Source of the DNA: Candidatus Magasanikiibacteriota bacterium
GTDB taxonomy: Bacteria > Patescibacteriota > Patescibacteriia > Magasanikbacterales > UBA922
NCBI GenBank assembly: GCA_014729395.1
Contig: WJJZ01000010.1
Coordinates: forward strand, 92,544 to 156,543
Direction: 5' to 3'
Length of the DNA: 64,000 bases
The position numbers and the translations under genes are program-made. The notes under the pieces were generated by a model, which made no database searches, was not told where the DNA came from, and saw nothing but the letters and a program-made list of their open reading frames with translations. Of the stretch, positions 49,059-60,000 are shown piece by piece. Every line of letters begins with the position of its first letter. Position 1 is the first letter of the stretch.

Positions 49059-51489
49059 TTTGATTATCTTTATTTTGTATTTTTTTTATCTTCTCTTTTA
49101 ATTCAATCATTTTTAACTCCCTTCCTACCATAAATTTATTTATTTTGTTTAACTCATCCATCTTTTCATTTAATTCTCTATTCAACTTCCCCATCTGCTG
49201 AATAATATCCACATAGTCAGACACATCTCTATCAAATATCAAAATAGACCCAACTTTACCGGATTCTGTTTTCAAAGGAAAAGTTTTTCTCCAAATTTCA
49301 ACTATTTTTTTGTTTTTATCGATTATTTGTAAACCTTCAACTGACTGTAGTGAATTAAGAGTTTTAAAACTTCTCTCAAATTTTGCCAGTGATGAAACGG
49401 TCATAAAATCCGACAATTTTTTACCGACCATACTATCTTTTGAATAACCGTAGAGATCTTCGGTGGAGTTATTGCAATCTTTTATAACACCATTGGTGTT
49501 GGCAATTATTATGGAATCCGGTGCCGACTCGAACAAATTTCTATATTTTCTTTGACTTTTTTTAATTTTTTGCTCAATTTTCTTTCTATCTGTAATATCA
49601 TTATACAATGCCACTATATCCCCGTTGGGCAAACTGAAAAATGAATTTTCCACCCATTTAGATAATCTTTTATCTTCATAAAAAAATTCTTGTAGATGTA
49701 CCGGCCTGGTAGTTTTACAAACGGATTTAATTTTTTTTATAAATTCAGTATTTTTTACTCCGGGGAACACATCTTGTAACTTCTTGCCGACAACCTCCTT
49801 TTTTTTGGCTTTACTGATCTTTTCACCCGCTTTATTTATGTCATCAATAATAAATTCTGAACAATTTTTTTGTGGTTTGTAAATTATCAAACCACTGGTT
49901 AAATTTTCAAATACACTCCTAATCTTTTTTTCTGATTTTTCTATTTCTTTAGCGGCCAATTTCACCGAACTAATATCCTTACAAACCACAAGAACATTTT
50001 TAACTTCGCCCTCTTTATTTTTTATAGGTGAAAAACTCTTCAAATAAAATTTTTCATTACTTGATTTATCTTTATATCCATATTCAGATGTTATATTCAC
50101 CCCTTCTTTTGCTGCAGAAAAGTCTTCTTTTGCTCTTTTTCGTATAGAAGCAGGCAATGTATTTAAATATAATTTACCCAAAACAGACTTTTTTGATTTA
50201 TATTTGTGACTCGAGATAGAACCATCATTGATTCTTATTATTTTTCCATTCAAATCCACCAGTTTAAGACAATCGGGGATTGATTCAAATAAAGCTCTGT
50301 ACAAACTTTCAGATTTTTTTAATTCTCTTCTCAGTTTATTTTTTTCCGTAATATCTCGCACAGAAACCATATCGGTTTTTTTGCCTTCATACTGAATAAC
50401 CTTTGCGGAAACTTCCACTGTAATCTCTTTTCCGGATTTAGTTGTTAATCTCAGTTTATAATTAGCCGGTACTTTTTTTCCCGCCATTCGTAAAGCATAA
50501 TTTTTCATTACATTTTTTTTATCTACAGGCGCAACATAATTTATAAAGTTTTTACCAACCAATTCGCTATTCTCATAGCCAATAATATTTTCAGTGGCTC
50601 TATTTACAAAAATAATTTTTCTACCACGCAACATCAAAATACCATCCATGCTTTCTTCAACCAATTTGGAATATTTCTCTTCCGATTCTTTTAATTTTTT
50701 CCCTCGCTTTTTTTTCTCTGTTATATCAGATGTAACCGTTACAAAACCAATTACCTTGCCTTCGTCATCACGTCTATATGACCAATCAACCCTGACGTCA
50801 ATTACCTCACCATCTTTACGCTTATTTTTTCCAAACCACGGAGTGGGTTCCGGTTGTTCTTTGATTAATTTTTTTATATATTTTTTTAATTCTTTTATAT
50901 TTTTTTCTGATGTTTGGTATATAAAAACATCACTTTTTAACAGCTCTTTTTCTTTGTAGCCGATCATATCTTCGTAGGTATCGTTGACGTACACTAAATT
51001 ACCTTCTGCATCCACTTCTGCGATTGCTAGTGGCACGGTATTGAGAATTTTTTCTTTTTCTTTTTTTTCTTTTTTTAATTTTTTTTGTAATTCTACTTTC
51101 TCTGTGACATCTTCAACCAATAAAAAAAGTTTTTCTACTTCCCCTTTTGTATTTCTGATTGGGATACCGTGGTAGTTTCTATGAGTTGTTTTATTCCCCG
51201 TGTATGAAGTATATTTTATTTTTTCAATAAAAAAAGGCTCACCCTTGAGACCCGCTTTGATGTATTTATTTAGTCCGGCTTTTTTATAAGTGGGAATTTC
51301 AAGTACATTCAAACCAAGAACGTCCTTTTTTCTCTTGGTGCCGGCCATTTTCATCATTACTCTATTAAAAAATTCAATTTTTCCTTTTTTATCAACAACA
51401 TAAGCACCGAAAGGGAGCTTTTCCAAAACCTCTTTTCTTATTTCAGGTAATACAATCTTACTTGATCTTTTTTTGACAGGCATAACCAA
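49048..51489 (-). CDS. Multi-PAS/PAC domain protein without a kinase domain; its C-terminal coiled coil is shared with the downstream gene
   Basis: At least five PAS/PAC-like repeats. C-terminus ...DELNKINKFMVGRELKMIELKEKIKKIQN. Confidence 0.75.
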   Translation of the reverse strand: MVMPVKKRSSKIVLPEIRKEVLEKLPFGAYVVDKKGKIEFFNRVMMKMAGTKRKKDVLGLNVLEIPTYKKAGLNKYIKAGLKGEPFFIEKIKYTSYTGNKTTHRNYHGIPIRNTKGEVEKLFLLVEDVTEKVELQKKLKKEKKEKEKILNTVPLAIAEVDAEGNLVYVNDTYEDMIGYKEKELLKSDVFIYQTSEKNIKELKKYIKKLIKEQPEPTPWFGKNKRKDGEVIDVRVDWSYRRDDEGKVIGFVTVTSDITEKKKRGKKLKESEEKYSKLVEESMDGILMLRGRKIIFVNRATENIIGYENSELVGKNFINYVAPVDKKNVMKNYALRMAGKKVPANYKLRLTTKSGKEITVEVSAKVIQYEGKKTDMVSVRDITEKNKLRRELKKSESLYRALFESIPDCLKLVDLNGKIIRINDGSISSHKYKSKKSVLGKLYLNTLPASIRKRAKEDFSAAKEGVNITSEYGYKDKSSNEKFYLKSFSPIKNKEGEVKNVLVVCKDISSVKLAAKEIEKSEKKIRSVFENLTSGLIIYKPQKNCSEFIIDDINKAGEKISKAKKKEVVGKKLQDVFPGVKNTEFIKKIKSVCKTTRPVHLQEFFYEDKRLSKWVENSFFSLPNGDIVALYNDITDRKKIEQKIKKSQRKYRNLFESAPDSIIIANTNGVIKDCNNSTEDLYGYSKDSMVGKKLSDFMTVSSLAKFERSFKTLNSLQSVEGLQIIDKNKKIVEIWRKTFPLKTESGKVGSILIFDRDVSDYVDIIQQMGKLNRELNEKMDELNKINKFMVGRELKMIELKEKIKKIQNKDNQNEK

Positions 51490-51496
51490 TTATTGC

Positions 51497-52168
51497 TTAG
51501 ACAGAAGCGCTTTCATTAATATTTAACACTTTTACTTTAGAGGATCCGCATTTTTTCTTAAATTTATTTATATTCGCTTCGATAACCGGCCAAGTATTAT
51601 AATGCATAGGTATGGTCATTTTCGGCCGCAGAGCTTTGACAGCCATGGCTGCGTCCTCCTCATCCATGGTATAGTGACTGCCTATAGGTAACAATGCCAT
51701 ATCCAATTTAAATTTATCACCAATCAATTTCATGTCACTAAAATAGGCTGTATCTCCGGCATGATAAATATTTTTCCCATCCATAGAAATAACAAAACCG
51801 GCCGGATGCCCCACAAAAGAACTATGAATTGCCAAGGTCATAAAGAAAGAAACATCGCCATCTTTATAAGTCCCGCCTATATTCATGCCAACCAAATTAT
51901 CATCACTTATTCCCCGAACTTTATTAAAATAAGTTTTTACAACTTCATGTATAGCTATAACTTTGGCTTTGGTCTTTTTTGCCAGTTTTACCGCATCGCC
52001 AATATGATCCTCGTGATCGTGGGTAATTAAAATATAATCCAGATCTTTAATTTCACTCAATTTGGTTTTACAAATTGGATTCCCGGTTATAAAGGGATCA
52101 ACAATTATTTTTTTTGAACCTTCAACCAAAAAAGCGGCATGGCCTAAATAAGTCAACTTTAATTTCAT
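51497..52168 (-). CDS. MBL-fold metal-dependent hydrolase (UPF0173-like)
   Basis: HxHxDH motif (ILITHDHEDHIGD). 223 aa. Confidence 0.8.
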   Translation of the reverse strand: MKLKLTYLGHAAFLVEGSKKIIVDPFITGNPICKTKLSEIKDLDYILITHDHEDHIGDAVKLAKKTKAKVIAIHEVVKTYFNKVRGISDDNLVGMNIGGTYKDGDVSFFMTLAIHSSFVGHPAGFVISMDGKNIYHAGDTAYFSDMKLIGDKFKLDMALLPIGSHYTMDEEDAAMAVKALRPKMTIPMHYNTWPVIEANINKFKKKCGSSKVKVLNINESASV

Positions 52169-52305
52169 AAATTTAAATATTATCTAAATAATCCACACTT
52201 ACATCTTCATTTCTTCATTATAACACAAAACTTATTAAAAATTAAGAAAAAGTGGATACAAAAAACAGCCCTAGATTAACCGGGCTGTTTTCTTTTTAAC
52301 AAAGA

Positions 52306-52827
52306 TTACCTGGCTACCCAAATAGCATCAGTATTTTCTGACTCACAAGCTCTTACGGTTACAATACCACTGGAATCCCTTTGCAAGGTATAACCGGTTG
52401 TAGAACTACTCCATGTGCCCGTACCATTAGGACTTACCGGTACCGCCCCCAGATAACCTTCACTTACAAGACCGGACAAATCAACACAGTTATCATCATC
52501 TGTGACATCTACATCACAATTAGAGTTATTATCATCACATCCACTAGCAACTGCATTACCGGTAATCATATACACTTCTCCGGCATTTGTATTGGAAACA
52601 GCTGTTAGATAAAAACCACCATTATCAACTTGGTCGATTTTAATGGCATTTATTACCTCAGCAACTTCTTGCCATCTAGTTGAATCTCTGGCATCTTTGA
52701 ATCTTGTCAAAGGATCCAAAGCCACGAAAATAACAGCTGCAATAATCGCAATAATTGCAATTACGATTAATAACTCCACCAAAGTGAAACCAGCAGCTGC
52801 CACACTTTTTTGTTTTGGCATAGACAC
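52306..52827 (-). CDS. Type IV pilin (major pilin candidate), paralog A
   Basis: Class III signal (G|FTLVELLIVIAIIAIIAAV) and a Cys-rich C-terminal domain. Roughly 80% identical to the 53386-53916 product. Confidence 0.8.
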   Translation of the reverse strand: MSMPKQKSVAAAGFTLVELLIVIAIIAIIAAVIFVALDPLTRFKDARDSTRWQEVAEVINAIKIDQVDNGGFYLTAVSNTNAGEVYMITGNAVASGCDDNNSNCDVDVTDDDNCVDLSGLVSEGYLGAVPVSPNGTGTWSSSTTGYTLQRDSSGIVTVRACESENTDAIWVAR

Positions 52828-52854
52828 AAAATTATTAAAAATAATATTTATTGA

Positions 52855-53352
52855 TTAACGAGTTAATTCTATTACCTCGCCCAATTCCGGATCGCAAACT
52901 CCCATAGTAACAACTGACCCCGACTCACGAACAATATAAAAATCTGTATTTCCCGTAGTACCACCCTTGGGATCTACCGGCATTCTTGGTACTTTTTTAT
53001 CATCAATCAAATCCGACAAATAAAGACAAGTGCTCGTCGTTATTTTGTTTCCACAGGCTATATCACAACCGGAATTGTCCGTCCCCAAAACATACACAAC
53101 ATTTTCTTGCCATGTGCTTGGGTTTGGGACTCTACCATCATGTTTAACAGTGTACACATGAATAGCATTCAAAAATTCGGATACTTTTACCCAGCGTTGA
53201 GCATTGCGAGAGTGGGCGAATAATTCCAAAGGATTAAGTAGCGAAAAAATTACCACCACAATAATAGATATTATGGTTATTACAATTAAAAGCTCAATTA
53301 AAGTAAAGCCTTTATTTTTGTTTTTCTTCTCCTTTGGAGGAACACAAAACAT
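52855..53352 (-). CDS. Type IV pilin-like protein
   Basis: Prepilin motif (KG|FTLIELLIVITIISIIVVV). 165 aa. Confidence 0.8.
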   Translation of the reverse strand: MFCVPPKEKKNKNKGFTLIELLIVITIISIIVVVIFSLLNPLELFAHSRNAQRWVKVSEFLNAIHVYTVKHDGRVPNPSTWQENVVYVLGTDNSGCDIACGNKITTSTCLYLSDLIDDKKVPRMPVDPKGGTTGNTDFYIVRESGSVVTMGVCDPELGEVIELTR

Positions 53353-53385
53353 ATCTAGAGGGTTTCTTTAACTTTTAACTAAGGT

Positions 53386-53916
53386 TTAACGAGCTACAAA
53401 AATTTCTGAACTGTTTTCTGACTCACAAGCACGGATGGTCAATATCCCGGTTGAATCTCTCTGGAGTGTATAACCAGTTGTAGAACTACTCCATGTGCCC
53501 GTACCATTAGGACTTACAGGTACTGCCCCAAGATAACCTTCACCTATAAGACCGGATAAATCAACACAGTTATCATCATCTGTCACACCGGTGTCACAAT
53601 AAACATTATTATCATCACAACCACTAGTTGTGGTATTACCAACGATCATATAAACTTCTCCAGCATTTGTATTGGAGACAGCTGTGAAATAATAACCACC
53701 ATTATCAACTTGGTCTATTTTAATGGCATTCATCAACTCTGATACTTCTTGCCAACGGGTTGAATCACGTGAGTCCTGGAACCTGGTTAAAGGATCCAAA
53801 GCCACGAAAACCACTGCCGCAATAATACCAATAATGGCAATGACGATTAGCAGCTCGACCAAGGTAAAACCTGACTCACTCCTATCGCCACAAAAAAGAT
53901 TCTTTTGTTTTTGCAT
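53386..53916 (-). CDS. Type IV pilin (major pilin candidate), paralog B
   Basis: Prepilin motif (G|FTLVELLIVIAIIGIIAAV). 176 aa. Confidence 0.8.
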   Translation of the reverse strand: MQKQKNLFCGDRSESGFTLVELLIVIAIIGIIAAVVFVALDPLTRFQDSRDSTRWQEVSELMNAIKIDQVDNGGYYFTAVSNTNAGEVYMIVGNTTTSGCDDNNVYCDTGVTDDDNCVDLSGLIGEGYLGAVPVSPNGTGTWSSSTTGYTLQRDSTGILTIRACESENSSEIFVAR

Positions 53917-53958
53917 AATCTTTTTTTTAAGAATAAAAATTTAATATATTATAGCAAA

Positions 53959-56085
53959 TTATTGTCTTTGTGTATATGTTGATAATACCCAACCTTCCCC
54001 ATCTTCGCCCAAATATAATTTTGACCAGTTTCCCGACTCCTGAACGAGGATATAAGTTTCACCCGGGGAAACTCTGGTCAAAATATCATAATTCAATCCC
54101 GGACCACGCCTAACATTAAGGTAGCCCACTTCCGTATCGGCTATAATTATAATTGGACCTTCGGGTGTGAAGGTGGCGGTGTCACCACCACTTTGTATAC
54201 TTGAGGTTGGGCTGGAAGTACTGAAAACGTCGCCAAATTCGGAAGATGTAGCAGTACTTGTAACACTTGTAGAAAATTCACCATCACCCAAATCACTCTC
54301 ATCATATTCTATATAATCATTTAAGGCGACTGTAACAATGGCCTTTAGATAATAAATATTTTCGTTTTCGGTCTTTGCGACTTCATACCCGTCTATATGA
54401 TTCAAAATGTAAGGAATTTTATCTGTATTCAATTTTTCCAATTCCGCTAAATATAAATTTTCCAATTTTTCCTCTCTATAAGATAACCATCTAAAATCAA
54501 CCGGAAAAATTACTCCCCCCGGATTCTCCGGTCTATCCAAAGGTGTCCTCCACAATACCTCACCTTCTTTTAGTCTGTTTCCAACATTGATACGGGACTC
54601 TGCCAAAGCTTCATTGTATGTTCCTGAACTATTGATGGTATCCTTCAAGATTCTTCCTTCCAGCCTATCTTCACTATATTCATCATTACTGACTGCAACC
54701 GGAATCTTGAGATCAAAACTCTGAGTTTCAGTATATTGAATCATAGATGAGACCAACTCTTGTTCACCTGTCTTCTTCTCGTAGACTCTAAACCAATAAG
54801 CACCCCCAACCGCTAAAATACCAAAAATACTAAGGATTATGAGCAAAAAAATTTGTTTTTTAAATCTCCTTTTTTTTGAATCCGCTGCCCTGCTAAAAGA
54901 AAAGTCCTCACTCATTTCGGTTATATCTTCCTGATCAACTTCATTGATCTTATCGAGTGTCTCACCTTTTAATAATACTTCTTTTTTAACCTCTTTCTCT
55001 TTTCCAAAACTGAAAAATTTCTTTATTTTCCCGGTAGTACCATTTTTATATTTTATAATTGGATCAGATTTGGACCACTTTGAATCCAAACCCCTCATAG
55101 CCAAACCAACCGCTCCTGTAAAATCAAGGGGGATATTCTTATCTAAGACTTGGACTTTACCTATAGTTATTTTAAAACCTAACTTTTTTTCTAAATAAAA
55201 ATCGATCTTCTTCAAGTTACTGGAACCACCAATCAAAACAACCTCTTCAACATTTTTTTGAGTTTTCTTATTATAAAACTTGATAACTTTGTCCAACTCC
55301 TTTGCAATCTCATCAAGACCACCCGCAAGAGCCACAAAAAGTTCTTTATCTTTTGGATAGAGACCAAACTTTAATTTATCTTTTTCCGCTTTTTTAAAAT
55401 CTACACCTTTGGTATCAACCACGCGTTTTGTAAGTTCGTCTCCGGCGATATTAAAGACAAAAGAATACTGCAAACCGGAAGAATCAAAAAAAGTAACCCC
55501 GGTTTTTTTTGAGCCAATATCCACCAGACAAATAGTATCTTTTGATTTTTCGTTCATAAGTGGCCTGTAAATAGCCAATGCCAGTGGATCAAATTCAGTA
55601 ATATTGACTTTCATTTTTTTAAAAAAAGTCCTCCACTCTGAAACCATATCTTTGTTGGCTGCCAAGGCTAAAATCCGTAAACCTTTTTTATTTTTTTCCA
55701 ATATTTTATAAGAATAAAGAATGTTTCCTTCCTCAAGTGGAATATTCATTTTAATTTCTTCTAAAACCAGCAAATCTCGTTCTCTTTTTTCATGTTCGCC
55801 CAAAGTAAAAACATGAGTATAAACTTGGTCTTCCTGCAGACCAAATATAAAACTACCAAAAAAAATTGCCTTTGGCTTGGCTTGTTGAAACAACTTTACA
55901 ATGTACCTTTTCAATGCTTCTTCATCTTTTATTTGACTATTTTCAACAACACCTTTTGGTAAGGAAACTTTGTTAATCGCTTTAAGACGAAATTTTCCAA
56001 AACCTGCTTTTGCAAGTTGTACCACTTCAATTGTATTGTCCGATATGTCAAGACCAATTGTATCTTTTGCCATGAAATCCGACAA
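53959..56085 (-). CDS. pilM: PilM-like actin-fold ATPase fused to a PilN-like TM segment and a C-terminal bacterial SH3-like domain
   Basis: N-terminal PilM (IGLDISDNTIEVVQL...). A TM segment at about aa 405-425. C-terminal GYLNVRRGPGLNYDILTRVSPGETY...NWSKL, which is SH3b-like. Confidence 0.75.
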   Translation of the reverse strand: MSDFMAKDTIGLDISDNTIEVVQLAKAGFGKFRLKAINKVSLPKGVVENSQIKDEEALKRYIVKLFQQAKPKAIFFGSFIFGLQEDQVYTHVFTLGEHEKRERDLLVLEEIKMNIPLEEGNILYSYKILEKNKKGLRILALAANKDMVSEWRTFFKKMKVNITEFDPLALAIYRPLMNEKSKDTICLVDIGSKKTGVTFFDSSGLQYSFVFNIAGDELTKRVVDTKGVDFKKAEKDKLKFGLYPKDKELFVALAGGLDEIAKELDKVIKFYNKKTQKNVEEVVLIGGSSNLKKIDFYLEKKLGFKITIGKVQVLDKNIPLDFTGAVGLAMRGLDSKWSKSDPIIKYKNGTTGKIKKFFSFGKEKEVKKEVLLKGETLDKINEVDQEDITEMSEDFSFSRAADSKKRRFKKQIFLLIILSIFGILAVGGAYWFRVYEKKTGEQELVSSMIQYTETQSFDLKIPVAVSNDEYSEDRLEGRILKDTINSSGTYNEALAESRINVGNRLKEGEVLWRTPLDRPENPGGVIFPVDFRWLSYREEKLENLYLAELEKLNTDKIPYILNHIDGYEVAKTENENIYYLKAIVTVALNDYIEYDESDLGDGEFSTSVTSTATSSEFGDVFSTSSPTSSIQSGGDTATFTPEGPIIIIADTEVGYLNVRRGPGLNYDILTRVSPGETYILVQESGNWSKLYLGEDGEGWVLSTYTQRQ

Positions 56086-56112
56086 TTTACATTATTTAAA
56101 TTCTAAATTTTT

Positions 56113-56523
56113 CTAAAAAACCACCTCTTCCCAGGTTGTTACATCCACATTGGAGCCGGAAAGGGTAGCTTCCACTCTTATTACCTTTGTATATATATCA
56201 ACTGTACCGGTAGCAAAAATTACCCGACTTCCACCGACTCCACTGACACCTATTATACAAGATCCATCACCTAAATACAAATTAGAACCTGTGTATCCGG
56301 CGTCCAATCTTAATCTGTTCAAAGCCTCTTCTATACAACCATCTGCCAAAAGTAATGCTTGGTCTCCTTTTTGTGAACTATAGCCCATTTCCAATTCACC
56401 CAAACCTAAAACAGAAGTGCTATAAGCCATAATAAGAGCAGCGGCTCCGACTATTACAATCGTAAGAAGGGCGGCTACACCACGGGAATCTTGTAAAAAT
56501 TTATTTTTTATATTATTTTTCAT
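56113..56523 (-). CDS. Pilus assembly / minor pilin-like protein
   Basis: N-terminal hydrophobic helix (GVAALLTIVIVGAAALIMA). 136 aa. Lies within the pilus operon. Confidence 0.5.
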   Translation of the reverse strand: MKNNIKNKFLQDSRGVAALLTIVIVGAAALIMAYSTSVLGLGELEMGYSSQKGDQALLLADGCIEEALNRLRLDAGYTGSNLYLGDGSCIIGVSGVGGSRVIFATGTVDIYTKVIRVEATLSGSNVDVTTWEEVVF

Positions 56524-56541
56524 AAATATTACTCACTTGGT

Positions 56542-57054
56542 TTAATTTCTCACCACGACTGAAGTCTGTAAATCCTGAGAATATATAAAATCAACACTCT
56601 GAATATCAGTCATGCCATATTCCGTGGTTATTTCTATATTTATATTATCCCTTTCGCCGGGAGCGGCTAAATTGCTAAAGCTGATAGAAGAAATCCGCAC
56701 ATTTTCAGTCGTAAGCGGAGTAGAAGTGGCACCACCCTCAATCAAAAATAGCCTACCCTGATTCACAGTAAAAACCAAATTATCTGCCCCACCCGGCATG
56801 ACCAACTCAAGAGTAGTACTGGTATTACCAGAGCTTGGATTTAGTGCATAATCGGCTGCTCTAATTTTTTGTGACATAATATCAATAGCCACTCGTCCAT
56901 TGGATTGGACTTCTTGAACTACAAAATTTTTATTTCTAGTATTTGTTATAGAAATTATAAAAGTGACAAAACCAACCACCGCTGCTCCAACAATAGCTAC
57001 ATATAAAATAGTTTCTACAAAAGAAAATCCTTTTTGATCTCTTATAATAAACAT
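56542..57054 (-). CDS. Pseudopilin / minor pilin
   Basis: Prepilin-type N-terminus (KG|FSFVETILYVAIVGA). 170 aa. Confidence 0.7.
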   Translation of the reverse strand: MFIIRDQKGFSFVETILYVAIVGAAVVGFVTFIISITNTRNKNFVVQEVQSNGRVAIDIMSQKIRAADYALNPSSGNTSTTLELVMPGGADNLVFTVNQGRLFLIEGGATSTPLTTENVRISSISFSNLAAPGERDNINIEITTEYGMTDIQSVDFIYSQDLQTSVVVRN

Positions 57055-57062
57055 ACAAAGAC

Positions 57063-60000
57063 TTAATTTCTATAATTTACCCTAACTTCTTCTAAAACAG
57101 GGGTATTACTACCATCACCAATTAACTCGGCTCTATACTGAACCCAACGATAACCGTTTAAATTTATAGGTACAAGTGACCCTGTAGAAGAAGTAAAGTA
57201 AGTTAGAACTCCGCTTGCACCATACCAGTCGGTCCAAGTTCCCGGAGTACCACCACTGTCGGGCGCAGCCCTAAGCTGTAATTTTACCTCGCAATCAGGA
57301 GTACAGATCGGGATGGTCTCGTCCCACTCAATAGTCTGGATGGACGAGGTGGAGCTCATATCATAAGCTGATGATTGCAATGATCCGGTTCCCACATAAG
57401 CACCCCCGCCACCGCCACAACTCCCGCTGTAATTTACTGTAAAACTACTTAATTTTGGGCTTAGGGTAGAACTGGAGGTTTCAAGTATAGCTTGATATTG
57501 AAAATACTGATTATCACTCAAATTGGTTAAATTAAACGAAGGCAGCGAAGTGGTATAGTTATCAGCCTCGGAATAATAAGTTGAGGCAGTCCCGTCCGGT
57601 CCAACAAAACTCTCACCCAAACAACCACCGTCATTACAAGAACGAACCTGGTATTTTATTCTTAAAGCTCCTCTTAAATAAATTTTTCTAATGTCATCAT
57701 CTCCCAAAATAGTATCCCAAATAGAAAATTCATCTACCAAACCATCAAAATATTTGGGGGTGCCCCCGGTATCTTCAATCCTACCGATACTATAAAATGA
57801 AGTTGTTTTTGTTCCGGTATCGGAAGTTATTTGATTTTGAAATTCTCCATCAACATACAATTTTATAAGTCCTGTACTGGAATTGCGCGTCATAAATATA
57901 TGGTGCCAGTTGTCATCATTTATTGCATTGTTACTCTGCACGCCATTACCATCACCAACCTTGAAACCGATATAACCATTATCATCGATCCATCCCCAGA
58001 AAATATCATTCCCACCACCACTTTGTTCAACCCCGGTAATACCGGGAGCATCCCAAAAGGTACTATCCCCTACCTGAGTGGTTTTGATCCAGTAGGAAAC
58101 CGAAGCGGTATCACCCAGCCACTGATTCAAATCGGCTGTGGAAGTAACATAGTCTTGGCTACCATCAAAATCCAAAGCACTACCGATCCTACCAGCTGAA
58201 CCAACAGTCGGACAAACCGTACCATAGCAAGCGGCGTCATTGCCATTGCTTGAGCCATCATCAAAAGAAACTGACCCACTGGATTCATCGAAATGGAACA
58301 AGGCCTGATTATTTGCCATATTAAAATTATCTTCGGTATAAACCGTTTCCAGTGAACCGTTGTCAGGTAGGCTCTTTTGATAAGGAGCAAAAGGAACCCA
58401 AGATATACTGGTCCAAGTACTTACTCCGCCGGAGTTAAAAATATCAGAAGTATAAGTGCCGGAACCGGCCGACATACCAGACCCGGTTAATTCCACTCTA
58501 TCCGTGTCATATTCAGTATTGGAATAACTACCATTATCAAATTCCGATTCGGTATTATCCACAAAACTGCCGGTGCAAATAGCAGACGAAGAATAGTCAA
58601 AAGCTTCTGCAAAGGCAACAAAACCGTAAGTTTCGCTTGTGTGACCCCTCTCACTGTCACTTACCTGATCTTCTTCAGCATGAAAACTACCTTGCGAGCT
58701 GGAATTGTTACAAGTAACTGACCAACTCCCATCTGTGCCATCCATCTCTTGCTGAAACCCTAACAAAAGCGGGGAGGCTGAATAAGAATTTTGATAGCTA
58801 AAAGGATAACAACCATTGTCATGACCCAAAACAGTGTCAGTAGTTCTGTAAGTTTCAAAGTCAGTACCACTGATTGTACCGGTTGAGTTGGCCTCAACTG
58901 CCACCCAACCGATTGTTTCCGTACCATGACTATTGACTGCCTCGGCCCCATTTAGAGCAATTCTCATACCATCTGTATCCGGCGGATCACTTTGAGATGT
59001 ATCTCTACTAACATAAGTGGAGATCCAAGTAGAATCATTGTTGGTCATGACTTGATGTAAGACGATCGGATCAACTGAAAAACTTTGTGCAAAACTAAGA
59101 GAATCATATGTCCAATTATTGTTCTCACCAACCGTATTTGTGTCATACTTATCAGCTTCAATTTTTATACCATCCACGTCCCACTTACCTTCCTCTATTA
59201 CAAAATAAGTTATTTGGTCACTAGATAAATCTAAAGCTGAAGGATTTTGAAGACGAACATCAAAACCGGTGGAGGTAACATTCCTAATTCGAACAGAAGC
59301 CGGGGCGGTATTATTACTTTCATAATATGAAGTTACGATTATGGGACTGGAATAGGTATTTTCCAAATCCACATCAGTCCAATTTTCATCAGTACTAACC
59401 GTTCCGACTTCCATCTGGAGATTGGCACAGCTTAACTCCACATCATCTATCGTTACTTGGTGTGTGCCATCACTTTCCAAGAAAGCTTTAAACATGATTT
59501 TGCCTTCGTCCGCGTCAAATTGCCACAAATTTTCATTGATGGTACTGGTGGTATTATAGTCACCGGCTCCGGCCACATCCCAACTGGATCCACCCCAGTA
59601 GTACCAAGTTGAACCATCATCATCAGAAATTTGAAAATAAACTTCCCCGCCATTTTTGGTGGAACTTACTGAAATTCCAGTCCAAGTATCTACTGAAGAG
59701 GGTTCATATGAGGCAACCGGATTAATCCCCGGAATATTATCCGGATAACCACCAGCTTCCCAATTTAAATCAACATTATCAAATCCAACCGTATAAGGAC
59801 CATCATTGTTACCAGTTTCCACCCACAAAGCCATTTTCAGATAATATGTACCGGCTGAGCTAACAGCTGAAGAGGCGTCAATTTGGCTGGCACCTGTCCA
59901 ACCACCTTCTCCAGATACGGTTATACTGCTACCAACTTGATTACTTGGAGCACCACTTGATGTATCAAGATAAACTCTAATTTCCGCCAAGTCCGGCGTA

